A DNA stretch of 64,000 nucleotides. It comes from an uncultured Mobiluncus sp. (GTDB taxonomy: Bacteria; Actinomycetota; Actinomycetes; Actinomycetales; Actinomycetaceae). Below the pieces are notes generated by a model. The model was not told the origin of the DNA. It was given only the letters and a program-made list of their open reading frames with translations, and searched no databases. The first letter of the stretch is position 1, and each line of letters begins with the position of its first letter. Positions 35,742 through 46,112 of the stretch are shown here, in pieces. Where the stretch lies: positions 4,109-68,108 of the forward strand of contig NZ_CALUCZ010000008.1 in NCBI RefSeq assembly GCF_943914685.1, read 5' to 3'. A program made the translations under genes and the position numbers.

Positions 35742-37583
35742 TTGAGTGACAATGCAAAGAACCTCAGCGAGGCCGCAGCCGAAGCCTCGGGAATGCCGGT
35801 ATTAACTCAGGAACTGGAGGGTGCCGATCAGCCGGCTACCGCCGCCGAGATGGAAGCGACCAAAGATGAGCTGATTCTGCGTTCGGCATCTTACGCGGCC
35901 GTGAAAGCGGGCTCGACCGTGCCCCTGCTGGAAGTCGTCGATTTGGAAGTCGCTTTCCAATCCTCCACCGGTATGGTTCCCGCTGTGCGTAAAGCCAACT
36001 TCTGTGTTTATCCCGGCCAGACCATCGCTATTGTGGGCGAGTCCGGGTCCGGTAAGTCTACTGCGGCCTCCGCCATCATCGGGTTGCTTCCTGGTACGGG
36101 CAAGGTCGTGGGCGGCAAGATTCTGTTCCAAGGTCACGACATCACCAGTTTGGGGCGGCGCCAATACGTTGAGCTGCGTGGTTCGCATATCGGCATGGTG
36201 CCCCAAGACCCCATGTCAAACTTGAACCCGGTGTGGAAGATTGGTTTCCAGGTGCGCGAAGCGCTGCGGGCTAACGGAAAAGCCAAAGGTCATGAGAATG
36301 ACCGCGTGGTGGAACTGCTGGAGGAAGCGGGACTTCCGGACGCGAAACGGCGCGCGAAACAATACCCCCACGAATTTTCCGGCGGAATGCGCCAACGTGC
36401 CCTCATCGCCATTGGCTTGGCTGCCGATCCGCGGTTGTTGATTGCCGATGAACCGACTTCCGCCCTGGACGTCACGGTGCAGCGGCGTATTCTCGACCAC
36501 CTGCAGAATCAGACGCACGAGCGCGGTACCTCGGTCCTGTTTATTACGCACGACTTGGGTCTGGCAGCGGAACGGGCTTCGCACCTCGTCGTCATGCACC
36601 GGGGGCGGGTGGTGGAATCCGGCCCGGCTCTGGACATTTTGAAACAGCCGCAGCACCCCTACACGAAGCGCCTGGTCAGCGCCGCGCCGTCCCTGGCTTC
36701 GCACCGTATCCAAGCGGCTAAAGACCGCGGTGAAGTTTCTGACGAGCTGCTGACTTTCGGAGCCAGCCGGGAGGAATACAAGGAAGAAATTATCCGGGTC
36801 GAAAACCTGACCAGGATTTTTGACGTGCGCGGGGCGAAAGGCGCGGCTAAGAAGCTCAAGGCAGTTGACAATGTGTCCTTTGGCCTGCGTAAAGGCACGA
36901 CTTTGGCGCTGGTGGGCGAATCCGGTTCCGGGAAATCCACGGTGGCGAACATTATTTTGAACCTGCTGGACCCCACTTCGGGCAAGGTTTATTACGAAGG
37001 CATCGACCTGTCGACCCTGAACAAACGCGAACTGTTTGATCTGCGGGCGAAAATGCAGGTCGTTTTCCAAAACCCCTATGGTTCGCTCGACCCCATGTTC
37101 AGCGTCTACCGCTGTATCGAGGAACCGCTGCTGGTGCATCGGAAAGGCGACCGGAAAGCTCGTGAGGAGCGCGTGGCTCAGCTGTTGGACGCGGTAGCTC
37201 TGCCGCGTTCGGCGATGCGCCGCTACCCCGGAGAGCTGTCCGGCGGTCAGCGTCAGCGCGTCGCGATTGCCCGAGCGTTGGCGTTGCGTCCCGAGATTAT
37301 CGTTTTGGACGAGGCCGTTTCCGCCTTGGACGTGTTGGTGCAGGAACAGATTTTGCAGCTGTTGGCTGAGATTCAGCACCGGGAGCACATCAGTTACCTG
37401 TTCATCACCCATGACCTGGCGGTGGTGCGTCAGATGGCTGATGACGTGGTGGTGATGCAGGAGGGTCGGGTCATGGAAACCGGTTTGACTGACGAAATCT
37501 TTGACCACCCGGCCGAGGCTTACACCAGGGATTTGATTGACGCGATTCCCGGCGCCAAGATTCCGTTGTTCACCGGCGAGTAA
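35742..37583 (+). CDS. ABC transporter ATP-binding protein with two fused NBDs (OppD/OppF-like fusion).
   Basis: 613 aa. Two Walker A motifs ('GESGSGKST' twice). Two signature motifs ('FSGGMRQRALIA', 'LSGGQRQRVAIA'). Two Walker B motifs ('LLIADEPTSALD', 'IIVLDEAVSALD'). Confidence 0.85.
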   Translation: MSDNAKNLSEAAAEASGMPVLTQELEGADQPATAAEMEATKDELILRSASYAAVKAGSTVPLLEVVDLEVAFQSSTGMVPAVRKANFCVYPGQTIAIVGESGSGKSTAASAIIGLLPGTGKVVGGKILFQGHDITSLGRRQYVELRGSHIGMVPQDPMSNLNPVWKIGFQVREALRANGKAKGHENDRVVELLEEAGLPDAKRRAKQYPHEFSGGMRQRALIAIGLAADPRLLIADEPTSALDVTVQRRILDHLQNQTHERGTSVLFITHDLGLAAERASHLVVMHRGRVVESGPALDILKQPQHPYTKRLVSAAPSLASHRIQAAKDRGEVSDELLTFGASREEYKEEIIRVENLTRIFDVRGAKGAAKKLKAVDNVSFGLRKGTTLALVGESGSGKSTVANIILNLLDPTSGKVYYEGIDLSTLNKRELFDLRAKMQVVFQNPYGSLDPMFSVYRCIEEPLLVHRKGDRKAREERVAQLLDAVALPRSAMRRYPGELSGGQRQRVAIARALALRPEIIVLDEAVSALDVLVQEQILQLLAEIQHREHISYLFITHDLAVVRQMADDVVVMQEGRVMETGLTDEIFDHPAEAYTRDLIDAIPGAKIPLFTGE

Positions 37584-37639
37584 GCGGCGTTACAATAGGG
37601 CGTTGTTTTTGGAAAACCGGTAACTACAGAAAAGGGTTT

Positions 37640-39559
37640 ATGGCACAGCGTCAAGATATCCGAAATGTCGCCATCGTCGCGCACGTCGATCATGGGAAAA
37701 CGACCTTGGTCGACGCCATGTTGAAACAGGCTCACGCCGAAGGGCTCCGGGCTGATGGCCCAGAACGGGTCATGGATTCGGGCGACTTGGAGCGCGAAAA
37801 AGGCATCACTATTCTGGCAAAAAACACGGCGGTCAAGTATTCCGGTCCGGCAGCTGTGGATAGCGGGTGTCCCCAGGGCGTCACCATTAACGTGGTGGAT
37901 ACCCCCGGTCACGCCGATTTTGGCGGGGAGGTAGAGCGCGGTCTGTCGATGGTGGACGGGGTGGTGCTGCTGGTGGACGCGTCAGAAGGTCCCCTGCCCC
38001 AGACTCGTTTCGTGTTGCGCAAGGCCTTGGCGGCGCGTCTGCCGGTCGTTTTAGTTATTAACAAGGTCGACCGCCCCGATGCGCGTATCGATGAAGTCGT
38101 TTCCGAGGCGACCGACCTGCTGTTGACGCTGGCCACTGATTTGGAAGCCAGTGGAGAACTCGGTGAGGCCGGTTTGGACCTAGATCAGTTGCTGGACTTG
38201 CCGATTATCTACGCTTCGGCAAAGGTCGGGGCGGCGTCCCTGACGAATCCCGGCAACGGCAATGTCCCTGACGGCGACCTGGAGTGCCTGTTCGAGGCCA
38301 TTTTGCAGCATATTCCGGGACCGACTTATGATCCGGAGGCGCCGCTGCAGGCGCACGTCACGAACCTCGATGCCTCTCAATTCCTGGGCCGCCTAGCGCT
38401 GCTGCGGATCCACAATGGAACTATTCGACAAGGTCAGACGGTCGGCTGGGCTCGTCAGGACGGCATGGTAGAAACCGTGAAGATTACCCAGCTCCTGGCC
38501 ACGCACGGCTTGGAACGGGTCCCTGCCGAGTCGGCAAAGTACGGGGATATTGTGGCAGTGGCCGGCATCGAGGACATCACCATCGGCGAGTCCTTGGTTG
38601 ACGTGGACGACCCGCGTCCCCTCCCGCTGATTCGGGTGGACGAACCGGCGATTTCTATGACGATTGGTATCAACACTTCACCGTTCGCCGGGCGAGTGAA
38701 AGATGCAAAAGTCACTGCGCGCCAGGTCAAGGACCGTTTGGAGCGAGAACTAGTGGGGAACGTGTCCCTGCGGATTGTGGATATCGGACGACCGGACGCT
38801 TGGGAAGTGCAGGGCCGCGGTGAGCTGGCTTTGGCAATCTTGGTCGAACAGATGCGCCGGGAAGGCTACGAAGTGACCGCCGGAAAACCGCAGGTCGTGA
38901 CCAAGACAGAAAACGGCAAGCTGATGGAACCGATGGAGGCCCTGACCGTGGACGTTCCGGAAGAGCACTTGGGAACGGTGACGCAGCTGCTGGCGGCGCG
39001 CAAAGGTCAGATGAAAACGATGACCAACCACGGAACCGGCTGGGTGCGTCTGGAATTTACCGTTCCGAGCCGTGGTTTGATTGGTTTTCGGACGCGGTTT
39101 TTGACCGAGACGCGCGGCACGGGGATTGCCTCCTCGGTCAGCTCCGGGTGGGCGCCATGGCAAGGCGACATCGAGGGGCGCGCGACCGGCTCTCTCATCG
39201 CGGACCGTGCCGGGAAAGCCAGTCCTTACGCCATGATTAAACTGCAGGAGCGCGGTAACTTCATCATTCAGCCCGGCTCGCAGGTTTACGAGGGCCAGGT
39301 CGTGGGGGAGAACCCGCGCGGCGAGGACATGATTGTCAACGTTACCAAGGAAAAACAGCAGACCAATATGCGTTCCTCTACCCAGGACGCTTTTGAAGGC
39401 CTGACCCCGCCGATGAACTTTACCTTAGAGGAAAGCCTGGAATTCGCCGGAAATGATGAATGCGTGGAAGTAACTCCCGAAGCCGTGCGGATTCGTAAGG
39501 TAATCTTAGATACGGAAACACGCTACAAAGATGCGGCGCGTCGTCGCCGTGAGCAGTAA
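37640..39559 (+). CDS. typA: Translational GTPase TypA/BipA.
   Basis: 639 aa. '[22 protein letters not shown]', '[14 protein letters not shown]', 'NKVDR'; EF-G-like domains. Confidence 0.9.
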   Translation: MAQRQDIRNVAIVAHVDHGKTTLVDAMLKQAHAEGLRADGPERVMDSGDLEREKGITILAKNTAVKYSGPAAVDSGCPQGVTINVVDTPGHADFGGEVERGLSMVDGVVLLVDASEGPLPQTRFVLRKALAARLPVVLVINKVDRPDARIDEVVSEATDLLLTLATDLEASGELGEAGLDLDQLLDLPIIYASAKVGAASLTNPGNGNVPDGDLECLFEAILQHIPGPTYDPEAPLQAHVTNLDASQFLGRLALLRIHNGTIRQGQTVGWARQDGMVETVKITQLLATHGLERVPAESAKYGDIVAVAGIEDITIGESLVDVDDPRPLPLIRVDEPAISMTIGINTSPFAGRVKDAKVTARQVKDRLERELVGNVSLRIVDIGRPDAWEVQGRGELALAILVEQMRREGYEVTAGKPQVVTKTENGKLMEPMEALTVDVPEEHLGTVTQLLAARKGQMKTMTNHGTGWVRLEFTVPSRGLIGFRTRFLTETRGTGIASSVSSGWAPWQGDIEGRATGSLIADRAGKASPYAMIKLQERGNFIIQPGSQVYEGQVVGENPRGEDMIVNVTKEKQQTNMRSSTQDAFEGLTPPMNFTLEESLEFAGNDECVEVTPEAVRIRKVILDTETRYKDAARRRREQ

Positions 39560-39600
39560 CTCGGCGGATAAACCAAGAGCGGATACCGCGGGGAGATTCG

Positions 39601-41493
39601 ATGGGTAAACCAGACGTGAATAACGGTGCGGGGCCGGGTGCCTCCCCCAAGGGGTCGCGTCCTGTCACGCCTCGCCCCGCCTCCCGACCCGCAAAGCCGG
39701 CAGGAAAAGCGCCGGGCGGAGTGCGGGCTGCTAACGCCGCCGAAATGTTCCCCGGTTTTGCACAAGACAAGAAACGTAGCGGCAAGGTTCCGGTGGCCAT
39801 CGGTGTGGTTATTGGAGTTTTGGCCCTGGCCTACGTGGGGGTGGCACTAGCCGTGTCGGGCAGTATGCCGCGAGGATCGTCTTTTGCGGGGGTCTCTGTG
39901 GGAGGAATGGCCCCCGATGCTGCCATTAAGAAGCTCGATTCCGAGTTGGGGGACAAGCTGAAGCAACCTTTCCCGGTGAAACTCGGCGCAAAAACAGCGA
40001 ACATTGATCCGGCCGTGGCGGGGCTGCAGCCCGATTTCACCTCTTCCGTGCATGAGGTCGCCGATTTCTCCTTGAATCCAGTCAAGATTATTGCTCATAT
40101 CGGTGGTGCCGGAGCACTGGATTTGAAATCGAAAATTGATGAGAAAGCGCTGGACAAAGCCGTTTCTGCGGCGGCCGCGGATTTGAAGTCCCCGCCGCAG
40201 GAGGCCGGTTTTAATTGTCAGGCGGGTCAGCTAAAGCCGGTTAAGCCCGGTCCGGGGCGGGACCTGGACCTGAAAGCCGCCACCGCCCTGCTGCAAACCT
40301 CGTGGTGGAAGCAAGGAGACCCCCTGAAACTTCCCGGCAAATCTAGTGCCCCGAAGTCGACCCAGGCGCATCTGGACGCAGCCACTAAGGGCGAGGCAAA
40401 AACCCTGATGAGCGCCCCGGTGAAGCTCAACGTGGGCGGGCAAAGCCTGGACATTCCTACTGCGGAACTGTGCCAGGACGTGACTTGGTCCCTGCGCGAT
40501 GATGAGCTGAAAGCCAGTTTAGACGGAGAGAAACTAAAGAAGTTCACCTTGGAGAACACCAAGGGCTTAGAAACCGAGCCGGTCAACGCCAGATTCAGTT
40601 TCGGCTCCGGGTCCCCGCAGGTGGTGGCGTCGCAGGACGGGACAAAACTCGATCCGAAACAGTTGGCTGACCGTGTGACCTTGGGAGCGACTTCGGAGGA
40701 AAACCGCGAGGTAAGCGTGGATTTGACCCCGATTCCTCCGGCGTTCAGCACCGATGACGCGAAGAACGCCGGGGTTAAGGAAGTCATTGGTGAGTTTTCC
40801 ACCTCGCTGACCGCTGACCGGGTACGCACGGGGAATCTCACGTTGGGAGCCAAGAAACTGACTGGCCTGGTGTTTAAGCCGGGTGAAGTTTTCTCGTTGG
40901 AAAAGTCGTTGGGGCCGGTGACCGCGGAAAACGGTTGGGGCTACGCGGGCGTGGTCGAGAACGGAATCCACACCACCGGCTTGGGCGGCGGCTTGTCCCA
41001 GCTGTGCGTGACAACGTTGAACGCGGCCTGGTTCGCGGGTATGGATTTGATTGAGTTTCACCCCCATTCAGAGTGGTACACCCGCTACCCGATGGGACGT
41101 GAATGCACTTTATGGACCGGGTCTTTAGACCTGAAGTGGAAAAATCCGAACCCCAATGCGGTAGTACTGCAGGGCTGGACCGGGGGCGGCAAGCTGCACA
41201 TCAGATTGTGGGGAACCAAATATTACACGGTCGAGTCCCAGCAAAGCGGCAAGTCCGGGGTGGTGGCTCCGCGAACCGTGGTGAACAACTCCCCCAAGTG
41301 CGAGTCTTCCGGCGCAGGTCAGCCCGGTTTCACTGTGACTAATACCCGCACCCGTTACCTGAATGGGAAACAGGTCGATTCCAAGTCCTATACCCACACT
41401 TACGTGCCGCAAAATAACGTGGTGTGTGCCAAAGATTTAGCCGCTCAACAAGCTAGTGAAGAGGCAACCCCGCCCCCAAGCACGGACGACTAG
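39601..41493 (+). CDS. VanW family protein (membrane-anchored, secreted domain).
   Basis: 630 aa. N-terminal basic/Pro-rich tail and a TM helix. VanW-type C-terminal region ('GGGLSQLCVTTLNAAWFAGMD'). Confidence 0.7.
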   Translation: MGKPDVNNGAGPGASPKGSRPVTPRPASRPAKPAGKAPGGVRAANAAEMFPGFAQDKKRSGKVPVAIGVVIGVLALAYVGVALAVSGSMPRGSSFAGVSVGGMAPDAAIKKLDSELGDKLKQPFPVKLGAKTANIDPAVAGLQPDFTSSVHEVADFSLNPVKIIAHIGGAGALDLKSKIDEKALDKAVSAAAADLKSPPQEAGFNCQAGQLKPVKPGPGRDLDLKAATALLQTSWWKQGDPLKLPGKSSAPKSTQAHLDAATKGEAKTLMSAPVKLNVGGQSLDIPTAELCQDVTWSLRDDELKASLDGEKLKKFTLENTKGLETEPVNARFSFGSGSPQVVASQDGTKLDPKQLADRVTLGATSEENREVSVDLTPIPPAFSTDDAKNAGVKEVIGEFSTSLTADRVRTGNLTLGAKKLTGLVFKPGEVFSLEKSLGPVTAENGWGYAGVVENGIHTTGLGGGLSQLCVTTLNAAWFAGMDLIEFHPHSEWYTRYPMGRECTLWTGSLDLKWKNPNPNAVVLQGWTGGGKLHIRLWGTKYYTVESQQSGKSGVVAPRTVVNNSPKCESSGAGQPGFTVTNTRTRYLNGKQVDSKSYTHTYVPQNNVVCAKDLAAQQASEEATPPPSTDD

Positions 41494-41532
41494 GCGACAG
41501 GCGAACCTGACGACACGGGGTAGGATAGATTC

Positions 41533-41856
41533 ATGACTTACGTGATTGCTCAACCTTGTGTGGACGTGAAAGATAAGGCTTGCGTTGACGAGTGCCCGGT
41601 CGACTGCATTTATGAGGGCGAACGCACCCTGTACATCAACCCGCTGGAATGTGTGGATTGCGGGGCTTGCGAGCCGGTGTGTCCCCCGCAGGCAATCTAT
41701 TACGAAGACGACCTGCCTGCGCCGTGGACGGACTTCTTGCGGGCTAACCGGGACTTTTTTGCTGATTTTGATAACCCGACCCCCGGCGGGGCCTCCGTAG
41801 TGGGCAAGGTTGACAAGGACGACCCGATGGTCGCTGCGCTACCTCCCCAGGGTTGA
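41533..41856 (+). CDS. fdxA: 7Fe ferredoxin.
   Basis: 107 aa. 'CVDVKDKACVDECPVDCIY' ([3Fe-4S]) and 'CVDCGACEPVCP' ([4Fe-4S]). Confidence 0.85.
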   Translation: MTYVIAQPCVDVKDKACVDECPVDCIYEGERTLYINPLECVDCGACEPVCPPQAIYYEDDLPAPWTDFLRANRDFFADFDNPTPGGASVVGKVDKDDPMVAALPPQG

Positions 41857-42098
41857 TTTTTGCACCAACAGGTGTGATTTTACCGAACCGATTGAACACC
41901 CCTCGACGTGCGGGACGCCGCAAAGCGAAGCGACGCCCTAGTGATTTCCATTTAAATTATTGACGGCAAAACTATTGGACGAAACGCGGGTAACGGGAGT
42001 ACTATAGTCCTAAGGACTTAAGTCCCAAAGCTCCCCAGCCTGGCGATGCTGCCGGACCAGCGCTTATATGAAAATCAAAATAATCGAGGAGGAATCTC

Positions 42099-43403
42099 AT
42101 GGGTGAGAATAACGGAGAGTACTTTATCCAATCTGACCAGAAGCGATTGGACACCCCTTTTCACCAAGCCACGCAAGGCAACAGCGGTCTCGAGATCAAC
42201 AAACTGTTGAGTAGCACTGGCAACGTCACTTTGGACTACGGTTTTGGCAACACCGCCAACTGTGAATCCAAGGTCACTTACATTGACGGCGCCAAGGGCG
42301 TGCTGCGTTACCGCGGCTACCCGATTGAGGAACTGGCTCGCGAATCCAGTTTCGTGGAGGTCGCCTACCTCTTGATTTATGGCGATTTGCCTGACGCAAA
42401 GTCCCTGGAAACTTTCACCCATAAAATCAAGCGCAACCGCCTGTTGCCTGAGGACTTTAAGGCGTTCTTTACGGCATTCCCCTCCAACGGTCACCCCATG
42501 TCAATCCTCCAGGCGGGCGTGGCCGGTCTGGCGACCTACTACGAGGATACTTTGAACCCCCTCGAACCTGAACAGCTCGAAGAGGCCACGATTCAGCTGT
42601 TGGCCAAGCTCTCCGTCATGGTCGCGACCATCGCGAAGCGTGCCGCCGGCCTGCCCCAACTGTATCCTGATGCCTCTCGTGACCTGACCGAGGACTTTAT
42701 CCGGATGTGTTTCGGGCTGCCCTACCAGTCCTTTGACATCGATCCGGCGATGGTCCGCGCTTTGGACCGTCTGTTTATCCTGCACGCCGACCACGAACAG
42801 AACTGCTCTACCTCGACGGTGCGTTTCGTGGGCTCTTCTCACGCGAACCTTTACACTTCGGTGGCTTCCGGGGTGGGCGCGCTGGCCGGTCCGCTGCACG
42901 GCGGAGCTAACGAGGCGGTGCTGCGCATGCTGATTCAGCTGCGGGACACGGATATGTCGGTTAAGACCTTCGTGGAAAAGGTCAAGAATAAGGAAGACGG
43001 CATCAAGCTGATGGGCTTCGGCCACCGCGTGTACAAGGCTTACGACCCGCGCGCCGCCCTAGTGAAAGAATCCGCCCACGAAGTCTTGAGCCGTTTGGGC
43101 AAGGCTGACAAGCTGCTGGACTTGGCGCTGGAGCTGGAGGGTATCGCGCTGAGCGACGACTACTTCGTTTCCCGTAACCTCTACCCGAACGTGGACTTTT
43201 ACACTGGCTTGATCTACCGCGCGATGGGCTTCCCGATGAAGATGTTTACCCCGTTGTTCGCGGTGGGTCGTCTGCCGGGCTGGATTGCCCAGTACCGTGA
43301 GATGATTGCCGATCCGGCGACCAAGATTGCTCGCCCGCGTCAGGTTTATATCGGTCACACTGAGCGTCACTACGAGAACTTGCGTTCCCGTTCCGCCAGG
43401 TAA
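42099..43403 (+). CDS. gltA: Citrate synthase.
   Basis: 434 aa. 'GYPIEELA', 'HADHEQNCSTSTVR', 'GFGHRVYK', 'NVDFYTG' signatures. Confidence 0.85.
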   Translation: MGENNGEYFIQSDQKRLDTPFHQATQGNSGLEINKLLSSTGNVTLDYGFGNTANCESKVTYIDGAKGVLRYRGYPIEELARESSFVEVAYLLIYGDLPDAKSLETFTHKIKRNRLLPEDFKAFFTAFPSNGHPMSILQAGVAGLATYYEDTLNPLEPEQLEEATIQLLAKLSVMVATIAKRAAGLPQLYPDASRDLTEDFIRMCFGLPYQSFDIDPAMVRALDRLFILHADHEQNCSTSTVRFVGSSHANLYTSVASGVGALAGPLHGGANEAVLRMLIQLRDTDMSVKTFVEKVKNKEDGIKLMGFGHRVYKAYDPRAALVKESAHEVLSRLGKADKLLDLALELEGIALSDDYFVSRNLYPNVDFYTGLIYRAMGFPMKMFTPLFAVGRLPGWIAQYREMIADPATKIARPRQVYIGHTERHYENLRSRSAR

Positions 43404-43514
43404 ATCGGCTTTTTGTGTCTCCCTGTCCACACGGCCTGTTGACCTGCGGCGCATAACGCGCGCAGGGGTGGGCGGGGTCAGAGCATTGACAGTATTTTAG
43501 AGAGAAGGAAAAAC

Positions 43515-44477
43515 ATGGTTAAGAAAGTTTGGGGTGTCGGCCTGACTGCCGAGACCGAGAGCGGAAAGTCGCTGGACACCTGGTACCCTTACATTTTCGA
43601 GGGCGACGTGGACGAGGCGAAGGCGAAAGAACTGACCGCGAAGCTGGCGCACCTGGAGGGCAAGGACGATGCCCGCCTGATTATCAACAAGGTCATCACC
43701 GTGACCGCCGATTTGGAGGACGATGTCCAGAGCGCTCCTGACGGGTACTTGCGTTTGCACGCCCTGTCGTGGCGGATGGTGAAACCCAACACGTTGAGTC
43801 TGGAGGGCTTGTTCGACAAGCTGAACCTGGTGGCGTGGACCAGCCGCGGAGCTTGTGACTACGACAACTTTGAGGAGACCCGTCTGCGCCTGATGACCAA
43901 GTACGGCATCGGCGCCAATATCCGTTGCGTGGATCGAATCCCCCGAATGACCACCTACGTGACCCCGGACGGGGTGCGGATTGCCAATACTGAAAACGTA
44001 CGGTTGGGGGCTTACCTGCATCCGGGCACCGAGATTGGCTACACCGGATTCGTGAACTACAACGCGGGAACCTTGGGCGCGGCCCGAATTGAGGGGCGGC
44101 TGTCGCAGGGCGTGACTGTGGACGAAGGCACGACTTTGGCTGGCGGCGCTTCCACCGCGGGCACTTTGGCGGTGGGAATTCACAAGCGCGTGTCCTTGGG
44201 TAAGGACTGTCACATGGGGGCAAACTCCGGTCTGGCGGTTCCGCTGGGAGACGACTGTGTCGTTGAAGGCGGTCTGTATTTGAACAGTGACACCAAGGTT
44301 TACTACATGCCTTCCGGCGGTGTTATGCCTGGTGATACCGGGTTCTTTATCGAGCCAAAGACGATGTTGGCCGAGGAACTGGCAGGGGTTTCCCACGCCG
44401 TGTTCCGCCGTAACTCCCAGACGGGCCGTGTCGAGGCCGTGTCTCGTGGTGGTACAGCCATAGAGTTCTCAGACTGA
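43515..44477 (+). CDS. dapD: 2,3,4,5-tetrahydropyridine-2,6-dicarboxylate N-succinyltransferase (actinobacterial DapD type).
   Basis: 320 aa. Left-handed beta-helix hexapeptide repeats and a DapD-like N-terminal domain. Confidence 0.75.
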   Translation: MVKKVWGVGLTAETESGKSLDTWYPYIFEGDVDEAKAKELTAKLAHLEGKDDARLIINKVITVTADLEDDVQSAPDGYLRLHALSWRMVKPNTLSLEGLFDKLNLVAWTSRGACDYDNFEETRLRLMTKYGIGANIRCVDRIPRMTTYVTPDGVRIANTENVRLGAYLHPGTEIGYTGFVNYNAGTLGAARIEGRLSQGVTVDEGTTLAGGASTAGTLAVGIHKRVSLGKDCHMGANSGLAVPLGDDCVVEGGLYLNSDTKVYYMPSGGVMPGDTGFFIEPKTMLAEELAGVSHAVFRRNSQTGRVEAVSRGGTAIEFSD

Positions 44478-44504
44478 GAATCCGCCAGTTTGGCGCGGTT
44501 AATG

Positions 44505-44537
44505 CTTTTTGGGGCTGGCACACGCCAGCCCCAAAAA
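44505..44537. terminator. Bidirectional rho-independent terminator between convergent dapD and the CAP-domain gene.
   Basis: ctttttggggctggc-acac-gccagccccaaaaag, with T/A runs on both sides. Confidence 0.6.
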
Positions 44538-44594
44538 GTTTATTAAGTTAGGAACAGTTTATTCGGTTGGGTGTGCTCCCTGTTTAAGGACGTT

Positions 44595-46029
44595 TTACCG
44601 GCAGAACATCTGGGTCGCGTAGGACGAATTCGGCCCGTCGAACCACACCCCGATACCGGTGGTGGTGAATCCGGCGTTCATCAGGTTCGCGAAGTGCCCG
44701 GGCGAGTGAATCCAGTTGGTGACGTGCTTGCTGCCGCCCTGGCCAGCGGGGAAGTAGCCCATGTGCCAGTCAATGTTTTCACCTATCATGCGGCAAGGAT
44801 GGCCAAAGATAGAGTTGATGCCGTTCGGGTCTCCGTCGGAATGCTTGAAGTCGCCGGTTTCAGCCATATGTTTCGACCAAGCGCGAGCGAGAGCGTCCAT
44901 GGAGGGGTTGCGAGTCAGGGGAGCGATGCCGTCCTGGGCGCGTCGGGCATTAATCCCGGCATGGATATCCGCTTCCTCCTGAGCGGCGGCTTGCTCCATG
45001 GACCCGGCCGCGTTACCAGGATTCTTTGGTTGCTGCGGTTGCTCTGGCTGAGCGGGCTGAGCCGGCGGGGTGAACTCAGTACCACTGGCAATCATCTGCA
45101 TAACCTGCGGATTCCAGATGCTGCCACCCAAGAAGATGGGAGAAGCGGCATTATTATGCGTGTAACCGGCGGCGACATTTATCCCGGAGCTAGGCGAGAT
45201 AGAGGATAGGATAATGGGACCGTCTTGGAGTGCTCCCCCGGAAACAGAATCAGCCAGCACGTCGCCACGAGCCACGTAGAAGATTCCCTTATGGCCGGGG
45301 AAAGCGTGGTTGGCAATCGCCAAGGAGGTGGCGTAGCGGTTCTCTCCCTGCAGGCGGTCGGTGGCTATCCCCTGGGAAACTTCGCTGAGCACCGCTGCGG
45401 ACACGGCCCCCGGCCCGCCCAAGGCTATGACTTTTTGGGTCCCGAGCGCCTTAATGGCGTTGGCGGCGAAAGCATTATTTCCGTTGGGATTGACCAAAAT
45501 AACCGGACCGTCTGTGAGAACCCCACCAGCTACCGCGTCGGGGGAGCCGTCACCGGCGCCATTGGCGATATAAGCCACTGTTGCGCCGCTGGGGAAAGCG
45601 GCCGCGGCAATTTTTGCTGAGGTTTCATAGCGATTGGCTCCGAAGAGTCGGGCGGTAGGCTTGTCCCCAGCTATTCGGGCTAAAGTGGCGTCGGAGACCA
45701 CGCCCGGTCCACCTAGGGCGATGACTTTGCCGCTGACTTTCAATCCGGCCACATACTGGGTGGCAGCATCATTGTTGCCACCTGGCTTGACCAAAACAAT
45801 TGGGCCGCCCGGCAGGGACCCCGCCGAGAGGGCATCGGCTAAAACGTCGCCGCGTGCCAGGTAAACATTTTCCGCCGAGGCAGGATAAGCGTGGCGAGAA
45901 ATCGCCACGGAGGTTTCGTAACGATCAGAGCCCGCGAGCTGGTTGTAGCCCTCAGCATTGGCTGCGGCGCAGGTGATGGTAGACGCGCCCGTCAAAGCAA
46001 GGGCACAAACCGTGACAATGAAATGTTTT
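44595..46029 (-). CDS. Secreted protein with three CWB2 cell-wall-binding repeats and a C-terminal CAP/SCP (YkwD-like) domain.
   Basis: Signal peptide 'MNRKHFIVTVCALALTGAS'. Three 'GSDRYETS...LADALSAG' repeats. C-terminal 'GHFANLM...G' CAP motifs. I prefer the start at 46029 (AAAGGA RBS); the ORF extends in frame to 46112. Confidence 0.7.
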
Positions 46030-46112
46030 CGGTTCATATCAGGTCCTTTCGGTAGTCGGGGTGTATTTATTGTGACATACCGGGCGTGGGAAAAGTTACG
46101 TTTCGGGGTCAC

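Noticed and set aside
42013-42030. 12-bp palindrome GGACTTAAGTCC upstream of citrate synthase.
   Set aside because: Short and isolated; it could occur by chance and no supporting context was seen. Mentioned only for completeness.
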